Positions 1 to 8,119 of a DNA stretch of 64,000 nt are shown piece by piece. Within the stretch, counting starts at the first letter, position 1; each line of letters begins with the position of its first letter. The stretch lies in assembly GCA_965223325.1 (NCBI GenBank), contig CBDCWI010000002.1:2816001-2880000 (forward strand). The letters run 5' to 3'. Both the position numbers and the translations under genes were made by a program. The notes beneath the pieces are model-generated. The model made no database searches, was not told the DNA's origin, and worked only from the letters and a program-made list of their open reading frames with translations. This DNA comes from Candidatus Multivoradales bacterium (lineage in GTDB: Bacteria; Acidobacteriota; Thermoanaerobaculia; Multivoradales; Multivoraceae).

Positions 1-125
1 GCGAGTCGAGCAAGTCATGAGAAGCACCGGAGCGCCCGCAAAGGGAGGCTCGTGAAGACAAGGATGACGCTTTTGCGATCGGCCAATCATGACACGAACA
101 CCAGAGAGGAGAACGGATAGAGCCC

Positions 126-181
126 GCCCACAGCGTTGGCAGTGCCCACCTCGTGGGCAGACGTCTGCCAACGATGTGGGC
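126..181. promoter_or_regulatory. Three palindromic sites GCC(C/A)AC-N3-GT(G/T)GGC; putative enhancer (UAS) for a sigma-54 activator
   Basis: GCCCAC-AGC-GTTGGC (126-140), GCCCAC-CTC-GTGGGC (144-158) and GCCAAC-GAT-GTGGGC (167-181), 66-121 bp upstream of a -24/-12 motif. Confidence 0.65.
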
Positions 182-246
182 ACCAGGGAGCCGCCGCCGA
201 GCGCCGGACCCCTTGATTTCGGACTGATGCGGGCGGGCCAATGGGC

Positions 247-262
247 TGGCACGACCCCTGCT
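247..262 (+). promoter_or_regulatory. Sigma-54 (-24/-12) promoter
   Basis: TGGCACG-ACCC-CTGCT with exact GG-N10-GC spacing; predicted +1 near 273. Confidence 0.7.
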
Positions 263-272
263 CTATCCGAGG

Positions 273-415
273 TTGCGGATCGGCGCCCAAATCCAGCTGC
301 TCGCAACGCTGGCTGCTACTAGAACCAACTGGATCGCCGGTCCGCCGCTTTTCCCGCCGCTTCCCTCGAGATCCTCGCTAGCGGGCTCCAATTCCCCTCT
401 CTTCAGGCGTCGCCC
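273..415 (+). ncRNA. Candidate structured sRNA or 5' leader from the sigma-54 promoter (3' end uncertain)
   Basis: 275-285 pairs with 335-345 and 291-296 pairs with 329-334, starting at the predicted TSS; pyrimidine-rich repeats follow. Confidence 0.3.
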
Positions 416-591
416 ACCGCGCCGTGTGGCCCTCCGCAGGGGACCTTCGAGCCCACACCAAAGCGTCAGGCAGGGCGCAACTCTGTTGCGCCAGGACTTG
501 GCATCGACATCCTGGACCTCCAGCCCTAGGGGGAGCATCAATGGCCGCCCGAGCTCTAACCGCCGCCGCAGCGTGTGATATCAAACCGAAA

Positions 592-2064
592 ATGTCTGGT
601 CCTTCGCTTCCAAGCGAAAGCTATCGAGGGCTGTATCGCCTGGCGCGTCGCCTCCTCGTGCCGCGTAGCTACGAAGCAGCTCTCGATGACATCGTCGAGC
701 AGACCCTGCAGCTGGTGGGCGCCGAGCGCGGCTTCCTGGTCACCGTCAAGGGTCAGCGTGTCTCCTTCCGGGTGGTGCGCAACTGGTCGCGCGCCGAACT
801 CGAGCGCACCGACCGGGTGAGTCGCTCGATCGTTCAGCACGTCCTCGAGCAGAACGAAGCGATCCTGGTCCCCGATGCGCTCTTCGACGAGCGCTTCGGA
901 GGGCGCTCGAGCGTCATCGAGCTCAAGACGCGCTCGGTCCTCGCAGCTCCCATTCGCGTCGGCGATGAAAACACCCGCGCCGTTCTCTATCTCGAGAATC
1001 AGAATCCAGACCGGCTCTTCGAAGAGGTGCAGTTCGAACTTTTCAGGCAGGTCCTGGGCATGGCCGGTGACCTGATGGAGTCGAGCGTCGCGCGACTGCT
1101 CTCAGAAGACGTCTCCGATGCCCTGGCCGATTTTCCGTTCGAAGGGTTGATGACCAGGAACGCTGAGTTTCGCGCCAGCCTCGAAGTTGCGGCGCGCGTC
1201 GCACCGAGTGAACTTCCCGTCCTCATTCAGGGCGCTTCCGGCACCGGCAAGGAGCTGGTGGCGCGTGCAATCCATCGCGCCAGTCCGCGCGGCAAGCGCG
1301 AAATGCAGGCAGTCAACTGTGGAGCCCTATCGGCAACAGTGCTCGACTCCGAGTTGTTCGGGCACGTGCGGGGCGCTTTTACCGGCGCCCACAAGGATCG
1401 CGCCGGCCTCCTGGTCGGGGCAGACCGCGGCACACTCTTTCTCGACGAGATTGGCGAGCTGCCGCTCGAGCTGCAGCCGAAGCTGCTGCGCGTTATGCAA
1501 TTCGGTGAAGTGCGCCCGGTAGGAGCCGAGCGGATGAGGCAGATCGACGTCCGGGTGATCGCCGCTACCAACCGGGATCTCGCCTCCGAAGTCGAGAGCG
1601 GCTCTTTTCGCGAGGACCTGCTCTACCGCCTCAACGCCGTCACCATCGAGATTCCACCTTTGGCCGAACGGCAAGAAGATGTCGCCCCACTGTTTCGACA
1701 TTTTCTCGCCCGCGAGGGCGATGGGACGCGCGAAACCACCGCCGACCTCGAGCACGCACTGCTGGCGTACCCCTGGCCCGGCAACGTGCGCGAACTCGAG
1801 AATGAAGCGCGACGCGTTACCGCTTTGACCGAGAGTGGCTCGACCCTCACTCCTGAGCATCTCTCCCCGCGCGTCTATAAGCATGACGACACCAGCGTTT
1901 CTGTTGCCACACCCGGTCCACCGCTCAGTCTCGAAGAGTCGGAGAAACGGCTGATCGAGCGCCACCTCAGGGCCAACGACGGCAACCGTACGCGAACCGC
2001 CAAAGCGCTCGGCATCAGCCGCGAGGGGCTGCGCAAGAAAATGAAGCGCTACGAACTGACGTAG
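592..2064 (+). CDS. GAF-domain sigma-54-dependent transcriptional activator (bEBP)
   Basis: N-terminal GAF-like region; Walker A GASGTGKE, GAFTGA, FLDEIGE, WPGNVREL; C-terminal Fis HTH. ATG 592 preferred over 424. Confidence 0.92.
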   Translation: MSGPSLPSESYRGLYRLARRLLVPRSYEAALDDIVEQTLQLVGAERGFLVTVKGQRVSFRVVRNWSRAELERTDRVSRSIVQHVLEQNEAILVPDALFDERFGGRSSVIELKTRSVLAAPIRVGDENTRAVLYLENQNPDRLFEEVQFELFRQVLGMAGDLMESSVARLLSEDVSDALADFPFEGLMTRNAEFRASLEVAARVAPSELPVLIQGASGTGKELVARAIHRASPRGKREMQAVNCGALSATVLDSELFGHVRGAFTGAHKDRAGLLVGADRGTLFLDEIGELPLELQPKLLRVMQFGEVRPVGAERMRQIDVRVIAATNRDLASEVESGSFREDLLYRLNAVTIEIPPLAERQEDVAPLFRHFLAREGDGTRETTADLEHALLAYPWPGNVRELENEARRVTALTESGSTLTPEHLSPRVYKHDDTSVSVATPGPPLSLEESEKRLIERHLRANDGNRTRTAKALGISREGLRKKMKRYELT

Positions 2065-2068
2065 CCGC

Positions 2069-3370
2069 CTACGCCCGCTGGCCGGTCGCCTCGAGAACCC
2101 GCATCCAGGTCTCACCCTCGAGATCGACGCGGCTGGGTTCAACGGCCAGCGCTACCGGAACGTGGGTGTAGTGCTGATTCCAACGACCGACCATCATGTC
2201 GGTGCGCCCAGCCATCGCCGCATGCACCGCGTGCTGCCCGAGCACCTGGCACAGCTCCGAATCGCCCGTGTTCGCCGGGCGACTGCGAATGATGTAGCTC
2301 GGATCGATGTACTTGATCGTGTGCCGAATGCTGCGGGCTTCGAAGTGCTCCTTGAAACGGGCACGCAGCAGGTCTCCGATATCCGAGAGCCTCGGGTTGC
2401 CCGACGGGTCGGTTTCACTTTGCGCCGCGTCAAACAGGTGTTGACCGGCGCCTTCGGCCACCACCACGACCGCGTGCCCGCGCAGCAGCAGGCGTTCCTC
2501 GACCTGTTGTAGGAGCCCCTCCTCTCCCTCGAGCTCGAAATGCACTTCCGGAATCAGACAGAAGTTGACGTCGTTCGACGACAGGCTGGCGTGGGCGGCA
2601 ATGAAGCCCGCGTGCCTGCCCATCAGCTTGACGAGACCGATGCCGCCCAGGGCCGACCTCGCCTCGACATGGGCCGCATCGATCGCGCGCTCGGCTTCGG
2701 CAACCGCGGTCTCAAAGCCGAACGAACGTTCGATCCAACGGAGATCGTTGTCGATCGTCTTGGGAACTGCAACAACTGCGATCGGCACGCCGCGCGCCTT
2801 GATCTCAGCCGTTAGCTCGCGGACGCCTCGCAGCGTGCCGTCGCCACCGATGGCGAACAACATCGAGATGTCGAGCGCCTCGAGGTTGTCGACCATGGCA
2901 GGAATCGACTGTGGCCCGCGCGAGGAGCCGAGAATGGTTCCACCTCGATGATGGATGCCACGCACTCTTTCGACATCGAGCTGCTCTGGAGGGTGTAGGC
3001 CGGGAGCCGCCAGGCCCCGGTAGCCGTAGCGGAAGCCCAGCACTTCCTCGACCCCGTAGCCAAAGTGCAAGGTCATGACGATGGCACGGATGACGTTGTT
3101 GAGTCCCGGGCACAGACCGCCGGCGGTGAGAATGGCAGCGCGCACTTCGCGGGGATCGAACGCCAACTGCGAACGCGGACCCGCGGCTTCGAACGCCAGC
3201 GGCACTGAACTGCCGAGCTCCGGAAGCGTCGATGCCAACAAGACCGGTTCGAGGTCGTCGGCGAGCGACGGCCTCGCGGTGATCAGCGGCGACGGAAAGC
3301 GCTCCTCGGCGACTCGGGCGATGTCGAGGTCAGCCGCCTCGAGCACCGCGTCTTGCTCTTGATTCGCCAT
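2069..3370 (-). CDS. pfkA: ATP-dependent 6-phosphofructokinase
   Basis: GGLCPGLN, GGTILGSSRG, GGDG (ATP-type Gly), PKTIDND, MGRHAG motifs. Confidence 0.93.
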   Translation of the reverse strand: MANQEQDAVLEAADLDIARVAEERFPSPLITARPSLADDLEPVLLASTLPELGSSVPLAFEAAGPRSQLAFDPREVRAAILTAGGLCPGLNNVIRAIVMTLHFGYGVEEVLGFRYGYRGLAAPGLHPPEQLDVERVRGIHHRGGTILGSSRGPQSIPAMVDNLEALDISMLFAIGGDGTLRGVRELTAEIKARGVPIAVVAVPKTIDNDLRWIERSFGFETAVAEAERAIDAAHVEARSALGGIGLVKLMGRHAGFIAAHASLSSNDVNFCLIPEVHFELEGEEGLLQQVEERLLLRGHAVVVVAEGAGQHLFDAAQSETDPSGNPRLSDIGDLLRARFKEHFEARSIRHTIKYIDPSYIIRSRPANTGDSELCQVLGQHAVHAAMAGRTDMMVGRWNQHYTHVPVALAVEPSRVDLEGETWMRVLEATGQRA

Positions 3371-3400
3371 AGAGCGAACCTTACCCCCCCATTGGCCTTG

Positions 3401-4741
3401 CTAGCGCGCCTGCTCGCCGAACACCGGAGGGCGACGCGCGAGAGCCCGAGGCCGCACCACCCGTGCCACTGGCGGCTCCTCAACCAGGAGCGACTCGTGT
3501 TGCAGGTGCTCACGGAGCACCACGGCACCGGCAATCAATGCCATGTAAAGCCTCGGGGTGATCGGGTTCTGGAGAATCGTTGTCTCGACGACGTTGTGAA
3601 CCAGAACCGTCATCAGCGCGGCCGCCAGCGCAGCGGCTAGCAACTTGATGTCGGGGTCGCGCGCCTTCTTCCACACCGAGCGCAGCGTCCAGAGAGCGAA
3701 CGGAGCCAGCGCCCACAGGAGAAGTGCGAACGGAAAACCGTACTGAACAGCTGTCGCGAGGTAGCCATTGTGTGGTGTGTTCGCACGCCAGTGCAGCGTT
3801 GGGTCGACATGCCACCCGGTGCCGAGCCACGGCTTGTCGACTGCCAGCTTCCAGAAGTGAGGCCACCGTTCCTGCATTCGCCAGACCATGTTCTGGTCTT
3901 CGAGCCCCTGACCAACGCTGAACATCCGTTGGACGGACCGGTTCTGGAGGATCTCTGGACGGGCGATCACCAGCATCACGAGAAGACCGACTGCCAGAGG
4001 CACCAGCCGTAGCACCTGTGAGCGCGCTTCGCTTGCCCGGGTCACCGCAACCGCCAGCACCATCGCCCCGACGAAGAGAGCGGCAAACGCCCCGCGCGAG
4101 CTGGCAAACAGCATGGCGCGCAGAATGATCATTGCCGCCGTTCCCCAGATTGCGGTCGCCGCGGCGGTCCGTGCGCCGAGCAGGCGCCAGGCAACCAGAA
4201 TCAGCGAACCGGCCAGCACGCCGCCGAGGTTGTTCTTGTCTTGCAGGAGACCGTGGATCGGGGCATCGCGGTAACCCTCCATACAGGCAACCACCGCCAT
4301 ACCCACCCCGACCACTGCAAACACCGAGAGCAGGCTCTCGAAGCGACGACGCTCGCGAAAGAGAACCAGCACCAGGGGCAGGTAGATCATCGGCCGCAGG
4401 ACGTAGCGATAGACCTGGTAGCCAGTCGAGAAAAAGCCTTCGAAGTACTCCGAGTTGACCGGCGCGACAACGAACGACACGGTGCGCACTACGGCCAGCA
4501 GGCACCAGGCAACCAGGAGGCGGCGCGGTAGCGGGCGACCGCCGTAGGAGCGAAACAGAACGCCAGCGCCGAGGAAGGCGAGCGCGATGTCGCTGATGTC
4601 GAAGACCACGCCCGAAAGCTCCCAGGTGCCACTCGACCAGTGAGCCAGCAACTCGATGTAGGCGAGCCAAGCGAGCGGCGCGCCGAGAGCGAGAACGAAG
4701 GCGCCGGCGACGACGGGCGCGAGAAGAGCGGTCGGATACAT
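3401..4741 (-). CDS. O-antigen ligase family membrane protein
   Basis: Many TM helices; DKNNLGG, SSRGA, PWLGTG and PHNGYL motifs of the Wzy_C/WaaL family. Confidence 0.85.
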   Translation of the reverse strand: MYPTALLAPVVAGAFVLALGAPLAWLAYIELLAHWSSGTWELSGVVFDISDIALAFLGAGVLFRSYGGRPLPRRLLVAWCLLAVVRTVSFVVAPVNSEYFEGFFSTGYQVYRYVLRPMIYLPLVLVLFRERRRFESLLSVFAVVGVGMAVVACMEGYRDAPIHGLLQDKNNLGGVLAGSLILVAWRLLGARTAAATAIWGTAAMIILRAMLFASSRGAFAALFVGAMVLAVAVTRASEARSQVLRLVPLAVGLLVMLVIARPEILQNRSVQRMFSVGQGLEDQNMVWRMQERWPHFWKLAVDKPWLGTGWHVDPTLHWRANTPHNGYLATAVQYGFPFALLLWALAPFALWTLRSVWKKARDPDIKLLAAALAAALMTVLVHNVVETTILQNPITPRLYMALIAGAVVLREHLQHESLLVEEPPVARVVRPRALARRPPVFGEQAR

Positions 4742-4968
4742 GGTGTTCGGAACCTCTGATTCTACGGCAGCTCCTGGGCTCGAACAGCCGGCGCACCTGC
4801 CACGCGGTGCGCCATTTCACCGGAATCTCGGGTCCGAGAGGAAGCAGACGCCGGTCTCGACGGGAAACGTGCCCTCGAGCCGTAACGCCCGGCGCCAGAT
4901 CCGGAAGGACGCTCTGACACGACAAACCACGTCCCCCAGTCCGAGGGGACCTTGAAGGAGTCCCTCTC

Positions 4969-7194
4969 ATGCCCGTCCGTAACCAAGGAACCCCAGGCCC
5001 CGACTTTGACCGTATTGCCCAGCGGCAAGCGGACCACCAACAGCCCTCACCCCAAGCCCAACAGGCGGCTGCACAACTCGAACAGCTGATCTGGGCAGCG
5101 GCCCAAAAGGCCGGCGAGCCCCCAGAGGCCATTGTCTCTGCCCTCCAGGCCGGTCAGGTCACTCCCGAAGACCTGGTCGCCTTCGTCCAGGGCGACGACT
5201 ATCAACCCCAGGCCGACAAGACCCAGCAGACGAAGGAGAAGCACAAGCCAACCTTCTATCCGATCACCCTCGGGACCGACCTCGACAACAAGGCGGTCGA
5301 GGCTCTCACCAGCGTGATGTCCGACCCGAAGTTCCTCGAAGCGATCAACTCCCCCAACCGCCGCGACCAGCTGTGGGCCAAAGACTATGCCGCTGCTATG
5401 GCCTATCAGGCGATGGGTGGCGACGCCGCCGGCTTCAAGTATCCGAAGCTGGTGGTTCGCGCCTTCCGGCAGGTCCTGCATCAGGCGCTCGGAACTGCTC
5501 AGCGTGAAGGCATCGACATCTACGCCGCGCTCGACAAAGCCTTCTCGACTCGCGGCCACTTCACCGCCCGCACCGAGCCGGTCAAGCCGCCTACCCCGCC
5601 AGAGAGCCCGGCCGGAACGGGTTCCGACCTCGGCGCCGACGGCAATCGCAAGGCGATCGACGCCCTGGCAGCCGTTCTCTCCGGAAAACCGATTCCAGGC
5701 ACCCCGCTCGACGATCCGGAGCTCCAGCAGCTCGTCGACACCGCGAGTGGTCTCGCCGCGGCCCTCGAGTCCGGCGACACCGAGGCGATCAACGAAGCCT
5801 TGGGCGCCGCACCCGCCGCCATAACAGCGGCCCTGGTCACCAGCGGCGTCGATGTCAAAGACGTCGAAGGCCTCATTGACACCATCGCTGGCGTTCTGAC
5901 CTCGGCCAGCCAGGCAGTCGCCGAGGGTGCGACCCCGATGAACGCGCTTGCCGCCGTGCTCAGCGAAACCGGAGACTTCCCGCTTGCGGGCACTGACCCG
6001 GCCGACCCGGCGGAAGGCGAAACGCCGGCCGAAGGAATCGACCTGGGCGGTGAGGGCAACCAGACCGCCATCGAGCTGATGGCCGCACTCTTCCAGGGCC
6101 GGGACATCCCCGGCGCCGACGTGAATGTCGAACCGCTCAAGTCGTACTACCAGACCGCCAAGGGCCTCCAGAAGGCCCTCGAAAGCGGCGACGCCGATGC
6201 CATTGCCAAGGCGATCGACGCCGCTCCTCTCGTTCTGACGGCGGCCCTGGCCAAGAGCGGCATCGACATTGCCGACAACCCCGCCGCAGTCACCAGCGCC
6301 TTCCGCCAGGTCATGCAGGCTACGGCGGCCGGCATGGCCGAAGGTGCCAGCTTCGAGGACGCGATGACGGCAGCGATCAACGAGACCGGGCATTTCGCTC
6401 TCGAAGGTCCGGTCGGAGTCGATCTCGGCGCCCACGGCAACAGGGTGATGCTCGACAACATCGCCAAGCTGTTGAGCGGTATGCCGATCGCTGGAGGTGA
6501 TCTCGACGTCGCCCCATTCAACGACTTCTACGAGATCGCCCGCGGCCTGCGCACCGCCATCACCAAGGGCGACGAGGCGGCGATCCAAAAGGCGCTAGAC
6601 GTCGCACCAATGGTGCTCACCCACGCCCTCGGCAAAGCCGGTATCGGAATGAAAGATGCCCAGGCGACGATGGCTGCCATCTCGCAGCTGCTGCAGAGCG
6701 TGGTGACGAATCTCCAGGCCGGTAACGACCTCGACGCTGCCATCGCTTCCGCAGTGAAAGCCACCGGCCACTTCGCGGGTGTCGAGGTGGAGGAGCCCGT
6801 CGTCGATGACGTCGATGACGTCGATGGTACCGACGACGTCGATGACGCGGACGATGTCGATGACGCGGACGATGTCGATGACGCAGACGATGTTGATGAC
6901 ACCGACGACGTCGACGATGCGGACGACGTCGATGACACGGACGATGTCGTGGACACGGACGATGTTGACGACGCCGAAGACGTCGATGACGCAGACGATG
7001 TCGTTGACACGGATGACGCAGGCGAAGACCCCGAAGTCGAAGACCCCGGCGATCGACCCAGCCGACCAGGTCGCCCGGACATTCCCAACCCCGACACCAC
7101 GCCGACCGACAACGACCACGAGAACGAAGAAGAGGAAGAAACCGACGAGGAGATCGACGTCGACCGCCACGCCCGCCCTGACCGCGGTCGCTAG
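4969..7194 (+). CDS. Hypothetical protein with four ~120-aa helical repeats and an Asp-rich tail
   Basis: RBS AAGGAG upstream, typical codon bias, internal repeats (DLG..GN to TGHF), terminator-like hairpin downstream. Confidence 0.85.
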   Translation: MPVRNQGTPGPDFDRIAQRQADHQQPSPQAQQAAAQLEQLIWAAAQKAGEPPEAIVSALQAGQVTPEDLVAFVQGDDYQPQADKTQQTKEKHKPTFYPITLGTDLDNKAVEALTSVMSDPKFLEAINSPNRRDQLWAKDYAAAMAYQAMGGDAAGFKYPKLVVRAFRQVLHQALGTAQREGIDIYAALDKAFSTRGHFTARTEPVKPPTPPESPAGTGSDLGADGNRKAIDALAAVLSGKPIPGTPLDDPELQQLVDTASGLAAALESGDTEAINEALGAAPAAITAALVTSGVDVKDVEGLIDTIAGVLTSASQAVAEGATPMNALAAVLSETGDFPLAGTDPADPAEGETPAEGIDLGGEGNQTAIELMAALFQGRDIPGADVNVEPLKSYYQTAKGLQKALESGDADAIAKAIDAAPLVLTAALAKSGIDIADNPAAVTSAFRQVMQATAAGMAEGASFEDAMTAAINETGHFALEGPVGVDLGAHGNRVMLDNIAKLLSGMPIAGGDLDVAPFNDFYEIARGLRTAITKGDEAAIQKALDVAPMVLTHALGKAGIGMKDAQATMAAISQLLQSVVTNLQAGNDLDAAIASAVKATGHFAGVEVEEPVVDDVDDVDGTDDVDDADDVDDADDVDDADDVDDTDDVDDADDVDDTDDVVDTDDVDDAEDVDDADDVVDTDDAGEDPEVEDPGDRPSRPGRPDIPNPDTTPTDNDHENEEEEETDEEIDVDRHARPDRGR
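6805..7020 (+). repeat. Intragenic tandem repeat, 12 x 18 nt, encoding (DD[A/T]DDV)-like hexads
   Basis: GATGACGC/AC.GACGATGTC units read directly. Confidence 0.9.
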
Positions 7195-7225
7195 GGAAGC
7201 AGAGAGACCTCGCTCGAGGAAAAGA

Positions 7226-7262
7226 ATGGCCGGATCGGGCGTCTACCCGGTCCGGCCATATT
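7226..7262 (+). terminator. Hairpin between convergent genes, probable terminator
   Basis: ATGGCCGGATCGGG / CCCGGTCCGGCCAT 14-bp stem 31 nt after the stop. Confidence 0.65.
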
Positions 7263-7359
7263 GATTCGATTCGATGTGAAGGGATTCAGCGCGCCCTTCC
7301 ACTGACGGCCACGAGGGGGGAGGCGAGACCAACAGGGGGGGCGTCCTGAATGAGGGGAT

Positions 7360-7716
7360 CTACTGAATCCGAATGGACTCCTCGCCAGCGCAGGCACCAA
7401 GCGTTTCGAACGAAATGACCGCGAAGAAGCGCTCATCTCCGTCCTTCTTCCACACGCCTTCGAGCACCAACCGGTGCCCGATGTAGTCGGACAGCTGCTC
7501 TGCGCGAACCAGAAACTCCTGGCCCTCGTCGTCGACCAGGCTATGCGCCCCTTCGGTCGTCGTCTCGCCAAGGCAACCGGTGATCGTGATGGCGACGCTG
7601 TCCTTGTCGACCGAAGTAGCGGCGACCGACCCAGTCAACGAGCCAAGTAGCGACGCCACGGCGGCGAGCAGGCTGAGGCGCAGAAAGAGACTCTCCACTC
7701 TCATGACGTTCTCCAT
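7360..7716 (-). CDS. Small secreted OB-fold-like protein (DUF5818-like)
   Basis: Signal peptide; ITGCL...GHRLVLEG...C pattern; RBS GGAGG/AGGAG before ATG 7716. Confidence 0.65.
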   Translation of the reverse strand: MENVMRVESLFLRLSLLAAVASLLGSLTGSVAATSVDKDSVAITITGCLGETTTEGAHSLVDDEGQEFLVRAEQLSDYIGHRLVLEGVWKKDGDERFFAVISFETLGACAGEESIRIQ

Positions 7717-7837
7717 GACACTCCTACCTCCATCGAGGCTGTAGAGGAGCGGGCCACCGAACTCGCGCCTTCCTCTCAGGAAGCTTCGTCGGGACACCCA
7801 CCACAGACACTGCGCTAGACATCTACACTTAGCGATA

Positions 7838-7853
7838 AGCACTTTCCATGCCC
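7838..7853 (-). promoter_or_regulatory. Possible sigma-54 promoter
   Basis: Minus strand GGGCATGGAAAGTGCT, GG-N10-GC spacing, imperfect consensus. Confidence 0.3.
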
Positions 7854-8119
7854 ACCCGAGAGCGACCGGAAACTCGACACCACCGTTCCGGACACGGGGT
7901 GATTCGAGCCAGCCGGGCACGGTCCCGAACGCCGCCGCGGCCAACACGGCGCACGCAGCGAGGGCGCACAAAGGCGTCGTTGTACCGCCCGGCGAGGAAC
8001 CACGAGCGGCCGCGTGATCGGAGGAAAACAGGCGCAGACAGCAACGCCAATCCGGCGCTGGCGGTCACCGGTACGATGCAACGCGCAATCTGCAACTTCA
8101 GATGTCGAGGAGATTCGTG

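Noticed and set aside
273-578. 101-aa ORF starting at the predicted sigma-54 TSS
   Set aside because: TTG start with Arg/Pro/Ser-rich composition and no coding bias; a leaderless peptide cannot be fully excluded
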